Positions 1 to 12,652 are shown, numbered from the stretch's first letter. The stretch: 64,000 bases of DNA from Chiloscyllium plagiosum (GCF_004010195.1 NC_057755.1:2581246-2645245), one strand, 5' to 3'. Made by a program: numbers and translations. The notes: generated by a model not told the origin, from the letters alone.

Positions 1-92
1 CAGCCTGAGACACAGTCAGTGCAGTGACCTTGCCTTCCCTGGATTACCTCTTGCAGCCTCGTGCCTCAGACAAAGCCAGGTTACAAACTGAC

Positions 93-155
93 TGTGATGT
101 CAGGTCTCTCTCTGTGATGTAAACGGTGAAGTCACACTGACACTGTGACGTCACA
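93..155. promoter_or_regulatory. Cluster of four CRE/ATF-like motifs including the perfect palindrome TGTGACGTCACA
   Basis: tgtgatgtca (93), tgtgatgtaa (113), ggtgaagtcaca (125), tgtgacgtcaca (144-155). The paralogue at 36325-36387 has the last motif changed to TGAGGTCA. Confidence 0.35.
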
Positions 156-1000
156 CTTTAACCTGTCCAGTACAAGGGGCCTGACTGCAATCAAACAGAG
201 AGTTACTGAAACCCTCACTGTCATCAGGTTACAATATGTTCACATTCCAGAATGTGCAAAGTCTTTCCAGACGTAGACACTGTGGGGTATAGGCAATATA
301 CAGTATTGGGATTATCATCACCTTTTGTGCCTTCTTTTACTAAGAGCATAATTAGCCTTTTGCTCTGGGTAAATCGGTGACATCTGCACAGCAGCGAGAG
401 GTGCGTGGAATAGCGGCAGCCTCCTGACAGTCTGAGGTGGTGTGTGTAACTCGTCTTCAGACTCGCAGGCTGACCAAGAGTCCAGGCCATGGCTGGGCCC
501 GTGTGCCTGTATTGGTAGTTCCAAACACACTTTAATATCTGGATGTTTTGCTTGCTTTTTGGCTTTATGTTATTTCTGCTGTTTAATTATGGTTTTGTAA
601 CCAAGGTTGTACCAGAGAATGGAGATTTTGTATATTTTTCAACGTACTCATGTATTCCTATTCTTCAAGACACTTGACATTAAAATCTAATTCTGGATCT
701 AATTCTCGCACTAAACCTCAAGGGAGTCAATTGTGTCAACTAAGTACTTACATTATTGATAGTCATTTAACAAATATACTTAGTTTGTTTTATATGCTTC
801 ACATTGAAAGGAAGAGTTGGCAATGACTTTAGATAATTCAGTAAGGCAATATTTACAACTGGAAGCTAAGATTTTGAAATACTGACAGCGAGCCTCTCTC
901 CACAAGTGATGGGAGCTATTCTCAGACAGATATCCCTGAAACAGCTCTTGAACAAGATCTCGTTCCCTATCTCCTTCAAATCAGTACTTTTGTTATCACA

Positions 1001-1290
1001 GAATCCCCAGAGTGTGGAAACAGAGCATTTGGCCCAATAAGTCGACGCCATACTTGAAAAGAGCAAACCAACCAGAAACATTCCCTTTTCTCTTACTCTA
1101 TATTTCCCTCTGACTAATGCCCCTAAGCTGCACATCGTTGGATTGTGGGAGGAAACCCGAGCACGCGGAGGAAGCTCATGCAGACACTGGGAGAATGTGC
1201 AAACTCCACATGCACAGTTGCCTGAGACGGGAATCAAACCGAGGGCCCTGGAACTGAGGCAGCAGCACTAATCACTATACCACTATATCC
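1001..1290 (-). mobile_element. HE1/V-SINE, diverged (paralogue ~37233-37520)
   Basis: Reverse complement shows the tRNA-like head, the V-domain (gtgtggagtttgcacattctccc) and a CR1-like tail. Confidence 0.85.
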
Positions 1291-1599
1291 TTACACTAAC
1301 AGAAAGCAAACATTGCCGGTTTGAATGTAGAACTGCTCACTCTAGCAGGTACTGTACTCTCCTGATACTTGTGTTACCTACCAGTTACATCAGAGATAAC
1401 AATACTCTTATCATCCAACTGCAGCTTCAGTTCTGGTTACAAAACACACTCTCATTGCAATAACAGTCAGAGATTTGCTGCACTGTTGAACAGGCATTAT
1501 GTTTAATTCCTCTCAAGTACAAACACTGACCAATCTTAGATCACGAGAACTATATTTACATCTGAGACACAAGGATTCGATGCCAGCCTAAGAGGTATA

Positions 1600-2980
1600 G
1601 TTAGTAAGTTTGCAGATGACACCAATTTTGGAGATGCAGTGGATAGCGACGAAAGTTACCTCAGGTTGCAAAGTATCTTGTTCAGATGGGCCAGTGGGCT
1701 GAGAAGTGGCACATGGAGTTTAATTTAGATAAGGTCGTAGGGATGTTGCTGAACAAAGCGATCTTGGACTGTAGGTTCATAGTTCCTTGAATGTGGAGTC
1801 ACAAGTAGATAGGATAGTGAAGAAGGCGTTTGGTATGCTTTCCTTTATGGGTCAGAGTGTTGAGTATAGCAGTTGGGAAGTTATGTTGCGGCTGTACAGG
1901 ACATTGGTTAGGCCACTGTTGGAATATTGCGTGCAACTCTGGTCTCCTTCCTATCGGAAACATGCTGTGAAACTTGAAAGAGTTCAGAAAAGATTTACAA
2001 GGAATTTGCCAGAGAATTTGAGCTATCGGAAGAGGCTGAACAGGCTGGGGCTGTTTTCAATGGATCATTGGAGGTTGAGGGGTGACCTTATAGATGTTTA
2101 TAAAATTATGAGGGACATGTATAGGATAAATAGGCAAAGTCTTTTTTCCCTGTAGTGGGTCTAGAACTAGAGGGCAGATGTTTAGGGTGAGAGGGGAAAG
2201 ATATAAAAGAGATTTAAGGGGCAACTGTTTCACTCAGAGGGTGGTACGTATATGGAATGAGCTGCCAGAGGAAGTGGTGGAAGCGAGTACAATTTCAACA
2301 TTTAAAAGACATCTGGATGGGTACATGGATAGGAAGGGTTTGGAGGGATATGGGCCAGGTGCTGGCAGGTGGGACTAGATTTGGTTGGGATATCTGGTTG
2401 GCATGAACGAGTTGGACCGAAGAGTCATTTCCGTGCTGTGCATCTCTATAACACTATGACTCTATAACAGGAAAATTGACAGCGCAAAAGATACCTCTAC
2501 AAGCAATCCGTCCAGCAGAGTTAGAGAATTTGAACAATAGGGAGAGGCCGAATAGACTGTGGTTATCTTGCCTGGAGTGTCGAAGGCTGAGGGGTGACCT
2601 TATGGAGGTTTATAGAATCATGAGAGACATGGATAGGATACATAGACAAAGTCTTTTCTCTGGCGTGGGAGTGTCCAGAACTCGAGGGCATAGGTTTAGG
2701 GTGAGAGGGGAATGATATAAACGGGACCCGAGGGGCAAGGCTTTCATGCAGAGGGTGGTACATGTATGGAATGAGCTGCCAGAGGAAGAGGTGGAGGCTG
2801 GTACAATTACGGCATTTAAATATATTTGAATGGGTATATGAATAGGAAGGATTCAGTGGGATATGGGCTAAGTGCTGGCAAATGGGACTAGATTGGGTTG
2901 GGAATTCTGGTCGGCATGGACGAGTTGGACCGAAGGGTCTGTTTCACTGCTGTACATTTCGATGACTGTATGACTCTATA
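1600..2980 (+). mobile_element. Two tandem 3' fragments of CR1-type LINE (paralogue ~37830-39220)
   Basis: FADDTK-like RT end, LYRTLVRPLLEYCVQLWSP, RRLRGDL, FTQRVV.IWN.LP; tail repeats (ctatgact). Confidence 0.9.
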
Positions 2981-3180
2981 ACAGGAAAACTGACAGTGCA
3001 AATGTTTTCTCGACAGCAACCAGCAGAGAGTTCACAGAAGGAGAAATAAATTGTACTAGTTGAGCAACAACAACGACAACTACATGGACCCTTCGAATCT
3101 GCACCAGAATATACACTCAGATCCAATAAACCAACTGAAGACAAACAGCATGCGTTCAGAAAAGTTGTACGCTTACTAAC

Positions 3181-3882
3181 AAAGTAAAAGTTAAAAATCA
3201 AGCAACACCACCTTAAAATCCACCAGGTTTATTTGGAAGCACTAACTTTCGAGCACTGGTCCTTTGTGGTTGCATGTGTGTTTGTGCTTTGCAGAGTGTG
3301 TGCATGAGTTTAACGTACATGGTACATTCGCAAGACCAAACAGATGCTACGACAATGGATAAATGGACACCGCACAACAATCGCCAGACAGGGATATTCC
3401 CTCTAGTCAGAGAGCACTTCAGTGTTCAGTGACATTTGGTCTCAGAACTTCGGGTGACCATCCTCCAAGGTGGACTCCGGGATTTTCAACAATGCAGAGA
3501 GGCAGATAGCCAAGGTCGGTTATCATGAGGATAGACTAAACTGGGACCTTGGGTTCACGTCACACTATAAGTGACCTACTGCACTGCACACTCTCTCACA
3601 CATGCACACACACACGCACGCTCACACAGACTCTCTCTCATACAAATGCTGTCTCTCAGACACACATACACCCCTCATGCCTACAACCAGGCATACACAC
3701 CGCCACACGCGTCTACTCCATCACACTCACACACCCACTCGACCAACCACACACACACCCAAACACAAAGGAGCAGCGCTCCGAAAGCTAGTGCTTCTAA
3801 ATAAACCTGTTGGACTATAACCGGGTGTTTTGTGATATTTAACTTGGTCCATCCCAGTCTAACACCAGCATCTGCACCACAT
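3181..3882 (+). mobile_element. Penelope-like element remnant with inverted terminal copy, GIY-YIG remnant and CA-rich microsatellite (paralogue ~39420-40120)
   Basis: 3181-3265 is the reverse complement of 3767-3850. The interior 3315-3560 reads as a decayed WYI..TKQMLRQ..NGHRTTI GIY-YIG segment. (CA)/(CT) tract at 3585-3767. Confidence 0.75.
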
Positions 3883-3989
3883 AACAAAGAAAACATAAAC
3901 GAACAAGCACTGCCAAGAATACTGCATTTAACCCTGTATTCTGTATTCAAATTCGAGCTTCCAAAAAATAATTCAACCTGCAAAAGTGT

Positions 3990-4985
3990 GAAGTGACTCA
4001 TCCGCTACTGACCAGCTAATTTCTGCATCCAATCAATGTCCCGTTGCAATCTACAGCAGCCCTCCATGCTAATCACCAATCTACCAAACTTCGTGTCATT
4101 GGCAAACTTAACGACACTCCCTTCCACTTCCTCATCCAAGTCATTTGTAACAATAACAAAGAGCAGAGGTCCCAGAACAGATCCCTATAAAACACCACTG
4201 GTCACCGAGCTCCTTCTGAATACTTCCCACCTAATAACACCCTCTGTATCCTGTGCACAAGCCAATTCTGTGTCCAGATAACCAGACTTACCTGTATCCC
4301 ATGCCTAAATACTTTCTGAGTGAGCCTACCATAAGGAACTTTCTCAACCATCTTGCTAAAATCCATGTACACCACATTCACTGCTGTGTTTTTATTAATG
4401 TATTTTGTTCCATCCTCAAAGAATTCAATAAGATTTGTGATGCATGACCTGCCCCTGGCAAAGCCATGCTGACTATCTCTAATCAAATTATAGTTTTCCA
4501 ACTAATCATAAATTCTGACTCAGAATTCTCTCCAATAGTTTGCCGTTCACAGACGGAAGACTGATTGGTCTGTAATTCCCAGGATTATCCCTAATCCCCC
4601 ATCTTGAACCAGGATATTACATGTACACCCTCCTTTCATCTGGCATTACTCAAGTGGACAGTGAGGATGCAAAGATGCAGCAATATCTTCTCACACTTCC
4701 TGTAGTACACTTGGGTAGATTCCATCTGGTTCAGGGGAGTTATCTATCCTTACACTTTTCGAAGTTTTCAGCACATCTACCTTCTTTACATGAACCTGTT
4801 TGAGCTTACTAGCCTGTTCCACGCTGTTTTCACCAACATCAATGTCCCTCTCATTCGTGAATAGTGAATGATCATATTTATTAAGGACCTCCAATAATCT
4901 TCGACTTCAGTCGCAAGTTCTTTACACTATCTCTGATCAGCCCTACCCTCACTCTGGCCATCCACTTGGTCCTCACAAACGTGTT
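3990..4985 (-). mobile_element. CR1 LINE RT fragment (paralogue ~40230-41225)
   Basis: QHGFARGRSCITNLIEFFE...VVYMDFSK motif in ORF 4202-4501. Confidence 0.88.
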
Positions 4986-4994
4986 CCACACACT

Positions 4995-6585
4995 TTTAAT
5001 GGTAAGATCCTCGGGAGTGTTGCTGAACAAAGAGACCTTGGAGTGCAGGTTCAAAGTTCCTTGAAAATAGAATCGCAGGGAGATAGGATAGTGAAGAAGG
5101 CATTTGGTATGTTTTCTTTTATTGGTCAGAATATTGTGTATAGGAGTTGGGAGGACATGTTGCAGATGTACAGGACATTGGTTAGGCCACCTTTGGAAGA
5201 TAGACTATTGTTCTGGTCTCCCTCCTTTCAGTAGGATATTGTGAAATGTGAAAGAGTTCAGAAAGCATTTATAAGGATATTACCAGAATTGGAGGATGTG
5301 AGCAATAGGGAGAGGCTAAATAGACTGTGGTTGTTTCCCCTGGCGTGTCAGAGGCTGAGGTGTGACCTTAGGGAAGTTTGTAAAATCATGCGATGCGTGG
5401 ATAGGGTAAATAGACAAAGTCTTTTCTCCGGGGTGCGAGAATCCAGAACTAGAGGGCATCGGTATTGGTGAGAGAGTCAAGAGATAAAAGGGACCTGAGG
5501 GGTAAGTTTTTCATGTAGAGGGTGATACGTAAATGGAATGGTCTGCCAGAGAAAGGGGTGGAGGCTGGTACAATTACAGCATTTAAAGATATTTGAATGG
5601 GTATATGAAAGGAAAGATTCAGTGAGATATGGACTAAGTGCTAGCAAATGGAATTGGATTGCGTTGGGATATCTGGTCGGCATGGACAAATTGGAACGAA
5701 GGGTCTGTTTCCCTGCTGCCCATCTCTCTGACTTTATGTTATATCCCACAAGAGTTTTCCTTCAGCTTACCTGCTTCCGCGTCGTCAGGCCCCCTTGTAG
5801 TTCTCCTAAGTCCATTCTTCAGTGTTTTCCTGGTTACCTAGTAACCTTTTCCTGCCCTGTCTCATCCTTGTGTCCTTACTCTTCTTCATCTTTATGAGGT
5901 GTTCCACATCTGTTGACACCTAAGGTTCCTTCTCCCTATCATTCCCTTCCCTGCCTCAGTGGGACATACCTATCCAAGACCATCAGCAAATGCTCCCTAT
6001 ACCACTTTCACATATCCATCCCGCATTTCCCTCGAGTACATCTGTTCCCACTTTAGCCCTCCCTGTTCCTGCTGAGTAGCATTGTCATTTCCCCTCCCCA
6101 ACTGAACATTTTTCCATACCGTGTGCTCCTTCCCCTCCACATTACTACAGCAAAAGTAATGAAAGAACAGTGAGATTGGGGACATGTCCATAGATCCCTC
6201 GTAGTTGTCACCCAGGCTGATAGGTTTGTTAAGAAGGCTTTAGACTGTTTGGCTTTCATTAGCAGGGGTATTGTGTTTTAGTGCTGCAAGGCTATGCTGC
6301 AGCTCTAATGAGCCCTGGTTACAGCACACTTGGAATATTGTGTTCACTTCTGGTCGTCTCATTAGAGGAAGGATGTGGGAGCTTTAGAGATTGTGCAAAG
6401 GAGATTTAGCAGAATGCTGTTTGGACTGGAGGGCATGTCTAATGAAGAAAGTTTGAGGAGCTAGGGCTCTTCTCATTGGAGCGAAGGACGATAAGAGGTG
6501 ATGGAGGTGTACAAGATGATGAGAGGCACCGATGGAGTGAACAGTCGCAGACATTTTCCTGGGTCAGAAATGGCTATCTCAAGCT
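4995..6585. mobile_element. Cluster of CR1 fragments: + 4995-5735, - 5780-6160, + 6165-6585 (paralogue ~41235-42810)
   Basis: Decayed CR1 ORF2 C-terminal motifs (YRTLVRP.LE, RLR.DL) and 3' tail. Confidence 0.8.
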
Positions 6586-6731
6586 GGTCTGTTTTTTTTT
6601 TCTGGAGGTTAGGTATTGTCGCTTTGGCGAAGGTTTTGCCAATTCAGGTAACGAGTTCCGCTACTTCGAATGAGAGCATTGCTTTGTCTATGTTTAAGTT
6701 TCTTTTGCTGTTTTGGAATTCCTTTGATAGT

Positions 6732-7345
6732 AGGGCAGCAAAGTGGCACAGTGGTTAGCACTGCTGCCTCACAGCACGAGAAACGCAGGTTCAATTCCCG
6801 CTTCCAGCCACTGTCTGTGTGGAGTATGCACATTCTCCCCGTGTTTGCGTGGGTTTCCTGTGGGCGCTCTGGTTTTCTCCCACAGTCCAAAAATGTGCAT
6901 GTTAGGTGAATTGCCCGTAGTGTTAGGTGAAGGGGTAATTGTAGGGCAATTGTCAATTCAGGTAACGAGTTCCGCTACTTCGAATGAGAGCATTGCTTTG
7001 TCTATGTTTAAGTTTCTTTTGCTGTTTTGGAATTCCTTTGATAGTAGGGCAGCAAAGTGGCACAGTGGTTAGCACTGCTGCCTCACAGCACGAGAAACGC
7101 AGGTTCAATTCCCACTTCCAGCCACTGTCTGTGTGGAGTATGGACATTCTCCCCGTGTTTGCGTGGGTTTCCTGTGGGCGCTCTGGTTTTCTCCCACAGT
7201 CCAAAAATGTGCATGTTAGGTGAATTGCCCGTAGTGTTAGGTGAAGGGGTAATTGTAGGGCAATGGGTCTGGTGGGTTACTCTTTGGCGGGTCAGTGTGA
7301 ACTTGTTGGGCCGAAGGGCCTGTTCCCACACTGTAAGTAATCTCA
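6732..7345 (+). mobile_element. HE1/V-SINE, partly duplicated in tandem (6732-6950 and 7046-7345); single in copy B (~42958-43255)
   Basis: gggcagcaaagtggcacagtggttagcactgctgcctcacagc head plus V-domain, present twice at a 314-bp period. Confidence 0.9.
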
Positions 7346-7790
7346 ACATCATCATTGGAATAAGTGTTGGGATCCGCTGGTAAGATATTTAAGCTTTGTT
7401 CAAATTCTTTTGTACGTTTATGTGACACAGTTCCTAGATTGCCACAATAGGTCTAAGTGGTATATGTGGTTTGTAAACCTGAGATAATCGGAAAATTATC
7501 GGGTGTTGGTGCCTTCAGGTTACATCTTCTATCAATCTGTTTTGGTTATAAGTCCGTTTTTGCGTAAGTTCCATAGTGTAATGTTTATTCCATTGGCTGG
7601 GTGTGGCGTTGGTCGCAGTCCCTCTGTTGGTAGTGTCAGTATCTGCATGTAGTTTCTGTGCTTTTTGAACATGTTCTGTGTTGTTCATGAATACTGTCAT
7701 TCTGCCTTAATTTGCTAGTGCAATGATTGCGTTCCTGTGCTTTTTGCATGCTTTTAGGCCTTCACTCTCTTTTGTGTTAAGGTTGTTATG
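7345..7790 (-). mobile_element. Penelope-like reverse transcriptase remnant (paralogue ~43255-43700)
   Basis: Minus-strand peptides ADKGRMTVFMN (intact in B) and VYKPHIPLRPIVA match the N-terminal Penelope RT motifs. Confidence 0.7.
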
Positions 7791-8039
7791 TATAGAACAA
7801 CACAGCACAGTATAGGCTCCTCGACCCTCGATGTTATGTCGATCTTTTATCCTATTCTAAAATTAAACTAAACTACGTACCCGACACATTACTCTCATTC
7901 ATGTGCCTAGCCAGGGGTTTCCTAAAATGTACCTAATGTATCTGACTCTACTATCACCGCTGGCAGTGCATTCCACACACCCACCACTCTGTGTAAAAGT
8001 CCTACCCCTGTAATTTTCCCGAAAACTTCATCTAATATG

Positions 8040-8771
8040 TAACGGTCTCTGTTACCTCATGAATATAACATTTTAATGCACTAAAATCCAGGGATACACT
8101 CAGATCCTCCTTCCGTACATGCTTTTTGATACAATTTCTTTCGTTTTTAATCTTTCTGTTGTAACTCAGTTAATTTCTCTGAGCTAAAGATATCTACGTT
8201 GTCCTCCATTGCTTCCTGTTTTGTCTCAAACATTTGATTAGCTATCATCTCTGATAATTCTACTTCAACTCTCTTACCTGTATTCTTTGATTTCTCCTGT
8301 TTCAACTGGTGACTTTGTGAACTCGTTAGAACATAGTGAAGAAAATTCCCAGGATGTGCTTTTGTAGGACTTCAGTTCCACTGGCGTTCTAACCACAGGA
8401 GGCAGTATTCATACTTTGACCCAATGACATCGTTAGCAAGGGCAAATTGTATTTCTGGAACTGAGTGTTTGACAGTAATCCTACCAGCACTTCTCTTTTT
8501 TTCACTGGACACTCTAACCTCACTCTACGTAACTGAGCACTTCTTGTCTCACCGTGAATTCCACGTACTAGCACTTTGTCTGGCAATGCTCCTTCTGATT
8601 CGCATATCTCCTGATCCCTAAACATCATGTTTGACATGATTCTGTGTCCTATAATACCATCACCTCTTTAACAACTGCACCTGGCCTGTGCAAGTAATCT
8701 TCACCTGCGAACGTAACTAGATTAAAAAATTCTTGCACTTCCTCATTAATCAACCAACGAGCAGTTTGTAA
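8040..8771 (-). mobile_element. Gypsy LTR-retrotransposon gag C-terminus/protease remnant (paralogue ~43950-44910, which includes a decayed zinc knuckle)
   Basis: LPDKVLVRGIHGETRS....VRLECPVK.GEVLVG is retropepsin-like. In B the minus strand at ~44790-44850 reads SFPCHKGHMKLQCWW, a degenerate CCHC knuckle. Confidence 0.65.
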
Positions 8772-9533
8772 NNNNNNNNNNNNNNNNNNNNNNNNNNNNN
8801 NNNNNNNNNNNNNNNNNNNNNNNNNNNNNNNNNNNNNNNNNNNNNNNNNNNNNNNNNNNNNNNNNNNNNNNNNNNNNNNNNNNNNNNNNNNNNNNNNNNN
8901 NNNNNNNNNNNNNNNNNNNNNNNNNNNNNNNNNNNNNNNNNNNNNNNNNNNNNNNNNNNNNNNNNNNNNNNNNNNNNNNNNNNNNNNNNNNNNNNNNNNN
9001 NNNNNNNNNNNNNNNNNNNNNNNNNNNNNNNNNNNNNNNNNNNNNNNNNNNNNNNNNNNNNNNNNNNNNNNNNNNNNNNNNNNNNNNNNNNNNNNNNNNN
9101 NNNNNNNNNNNNNNNNNNNNNNNNNNNNNNNNNNNNNNNNNNNNNNNNNNNNNNNNNNNNNNNNNNNNNNNNNNNNNNNNNNNNNNNNNNNNNNNNNNNN
9201 NNNNNNNNNNNNNNNNNNNNNNNNNNNNNNNNNNNNNNNNNNNNNNNNNNNNNNNNNNNNNNNNNNNNNNNNNNNNNNNNNNNNNNNNNNNNNNNNNNNN
9301 NNNNNNNNNNNNNNNNNNNNNNNNNNNNNNNNNNNNNNNNNNNNNNNNNNNNNNNNNNNNNNNNNNNNNNNNNNNNNNNNNNNNNNNNNNNNNNNNNNNN
9401 NNNNNNNNNNNNNNNNNNNNNNNNNNNNNNNNNNNNNNNNNNNNNNNNNNNNNNNNNNNNNNNNNNNNNNNNNNNNNNNNNNNNNNNNNNNNNNNNNNNN
9501 NNNNNNNNNNNNNNNNNNNNNNNNNNNNNNNNN
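8772..9533. other. Assembly gap (762 N)
   Basis: Run of N. Confidence 1.
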
Positions 9534-9915
9534 GTGGGGAAGACAATGAGAGTGTGGAAGACAATGAGAGTGGGGAAGATAATGAGGGTGCGGAAGACAC
9601 TGAGAGTGGGGAAGACAATGAGAGTGGGGAAGACAATGAGAATGGAGAAGACAATGAAAGTGGGGAAGATAATGAGAGCGCGGAAGACACTGAGAGTGGG
9701 GAAGACAATGAGAGTGCAGAAGACAATGAGAGTGGGGAAGATAATGAGAGTGGGGAAGATACTGAGAATGGGGAAGACAATGAGAGTGGGGAAGACAATG
9801 AAAGTGGGGAAAATAACGAGAGTGCGGAAGACAATGAGAGTGGGGAAGATAATGAGAGTGGGGAAGACAAGGAAAGTGGGGAAGACTCTGAGAGTGGGAA
9901 GATAATGAGAGTGAG
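9534..9915 (+). repeat. 18-bp purine-rich minisatellite (gagtggggaagacaatga)n; paralogue 46719-46920
   Basis: About 21 units visible in A (truncated by the gap) and about 11 in B. Confidence 0.95.
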
Positions 9916-10455
9916 GAAGATAGAGAGGGTGAGCAAACCCATCGGAGCAGAAGGCTGTTTGGGGATATGTTTAAATCTATCCAAGCATTGCTTACATTTG
10001 ATGAGAATGATGTAGAAGTCTTTTCATCTCATTTGAAAAGGGTGACAAAGCCAATCAAGTGGCCAGCTGCCATGTGGGTTTTGTTGATTCAAACAATCTA
10101 TTGGTTAGAGCATTTGAAGTATTTGTATCACGATCAGAGGAGGTTTCTGGGGAATATGAGGTGGTGAAGAAAACCATGTTAAGTGCATATGAACACGTGC
10201 CAGAAGCCGACAGACAATGTTTCAGGAATCTAAGGAAGGGACCCTGATCAAATATGCATTGAGTTTGGAATGAGAATTCATGTGGAAGAGCAGAGAGTTC
10301 AAAGGCAAGATTATCAGCTAAAATGGCTGACGGTTATGGATTGGTTCATAAATCAAAAGATTGGCTTCCAAAATCAATTTCAATCCATGAGGGTTACAAA
10401 CTGGGGAAAAGAGAAATCCTCACGTGGTAACGAAAAAGTACATCTCAGTGAAGGT
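9915..10455 (+). mobile_element. Gypsy (Gmr1-like) gag N-terminal/capsid remnant (paralogue 46514-47460)
   Basis: FDENDVE.F...KWP..MWVLLIQ..LVRAFEVF.S.SEE.S.EYE.VKK.MLSAYELVPEAYRQ.FRNLRK across frameshifts, a typical SCAN-like gag capsid signature. Confidence 0.75.
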
Positions 10456-12417
10456 AGAGTCATAGACTCACAGGGTCAGAGAGTCCAACAGCACGGAGAC
10501 AAGCCTGTGGACCGAAATTGGTCCATGCTAACCAAAATGTCCATCAGTGCTAACCGCACTTCACTGCAATTGGCTCATATCCTTCTTAGATCTTTCCTAT
10601 TCATGGATTTGTTCAAAAGCCTTTTAAATGTTGTTACTGTACATACCTCAAGCACCTCCACTGGAAAATCATTCCATGTGCACACCTCACTCAATGTAAG
10701 AAAGCTGTCCCTCAGGTTCCCTTTTACTCTTTCCCATCTGAACATAAACTGATACACCCTCGTCAGCAAATGCCCAATCCTGGTAAAAAGTCTGAATGCA
10801 TTCACCCTATCCATGCCTCCCATGATTTTATGCACTTTTACAAGAGCCCCCCCTCAGTATCCTTCACTCTAAAGAAACAATCCTAGCTTTTACAAACACA
10901 TTCTGAAAGTCAGACCATTGAGACCTGGAAATATCCTTGTGATTTTTTTCTGCACTCTTTCCAAGTTAATAACATTCTTCCGATAGCAAGTTTACCGGAA
11001 CTGAACACAATACTCCAATTGCGGCTTCAACGGCAGCAACGAAAACTGCAACATACCTTTCCAACTTCTGTGTGTAATAAAACAGTATAGACCCTTCGGC
11101 CCTCAATGCTGCGCGAGCCTGTGAAGCCAATCTTAAGGCCCACCTAACCTACAGTATTCCATTCTCATCCTATTTGTATCCAATGACCACTTAGATACCC
11201 TTAAATTTGGTAAGTCGACTACTGCTGCTCTAGTACTTTCCAAGCCCCTATTACTCACTGAATAAAGAACCTACCTCTATCATCTGTCCTATGTCGATCA
11301 CCGTTCAATATAAAGCTGTGCCCCTACGTGTAAGCCATCACCATCTGAAGAAAAAGGCTTTCACTGTCTACCATATCTAACCCTTTAATTATCTTATATG
11401 TCTCAATTAGGTCACCGCTTAACATTCTTCTCTCGAACGAAAAGAGTCTCAACTCCCTCAGCCTTTCCTCATAAGACTTTCCCTCCATACCAGGCAAAAT
11501 CCTCATAAATGTCCACTGCACCTTTTCCAAACATTCCACATTCTTCCTATAATGCGGCCACCAGAACTGTACTCCAAGCACAGCAGAACCAGAGTGTTGT
11601 ACAGTTGCAACATGACCTCGTGGCTCCAAACTAAAACCCTCTACTCATAACAGCTAACACACCGTACACCTTCTTAATAACCCTATCAACCTGGGTGGCA
11701 ACTTTCACGGATCCATGCACCTGGACAGTGAGATCTCTCGGCTCATCCAAAGAACCGAGAATCTTACCGATAGCCCAGTACTGTGTATTCCTGTTAATCC
11801 GTTCAAAGTGAGTCGTCTCACACTTTTTCGCATTCAACTTCATTTTCCACCTCTCAGCCCAGCTCCGCAGCTTTCTTATGTTCCTCTATGACCTGCAACA
11901 TCCTTTATTATTGTCCACAACTCCACCGAATGTAGTGTCATCTGCAAATTTTAGAACCCATCCTTCTATACCCTCATCCAGATCATTTGTTAAATAAGAA
12001 ACAACATGGACCCAAACAGATTGTTGAGGTACATCACTAGCACCTGAACTGCAGCATGAACATTTCCCATCAAACACCACCCTCTTGCCTTCTTTCGGCT
12101 CGCCAATTTCTGAAACAAATCATTAAATCACTATCAATCCTGTGCCTCTGTATTTTGTATAATAGCCTACCGTGGGAAACCCTATCAAATGCCTTACTGA
12201 AAACCATGCATGCCACACCAACCACTTTACCCTCATCCACCTATTTGGGCACCTTCTCAAAGATGTCTAAGGTTTGTGAGGTACGATCTACCTTCACGCA
12301 CCTGAGTTGACAATCCCTTAGCAATTTATTCCTTTCTAGATTATTATAAATCCTCCCTCTTATAATCCTTTCCAACACTTTACCCACAGCAGAGGTAAGG
12401 CTCGCTGATGTCTAATT

Positions 12418-12652
12418 GATTTGGAGATGCTGGTGTTGGACTGGGGTGCACAAAGTTAAAAATCACATCACCAGGTTCTAGTCTAATAGGTTTATTTGAA
12501 AGCCCTAGCTTTCGAGGGCTGCTCCTTAATCAGGTGATTATGGAGTACTCTACAACACACAACCATCTGATGAAGGAACATCCCTCTGAAAGCTAGTGCT
12601 TCCAATAAAACCTGTTGGACTATAACGTAGTGTTGTGTGATTTTTAACTTTG
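12418..12652. mobile_element. Short palindromic Penelope-terminus element inserted in CR1 (paralogue 49406-49640)
   Basis: Arms ~12451-12537 and ~12563-12652 are reverse complements, each carrying a decayed CTGATGA...GAAAGCTA motif. The insertion interrupts the CR1 frame between NYR and LTSAVGK. Confidence 0.8.

Noticed and set aside
3549..3820. His/Thr-rich ORFs
   Set aside because: Translations of a (CA)n-rich microsatellite.
9534..9915. CRISPR-like regular repeat
   Set aside because: Head-to-tail units with no unique spacers, no cas genes, and a eukaryotic context.
8746..10015. 412-aa Ser/Pro/Leu-rich ORF and acidic SGEDNE-repeat ORF
   Set aside because: Products of an 18-bp minisatellite plus an N gap inside a decayed gag; no evidence of a host gene.
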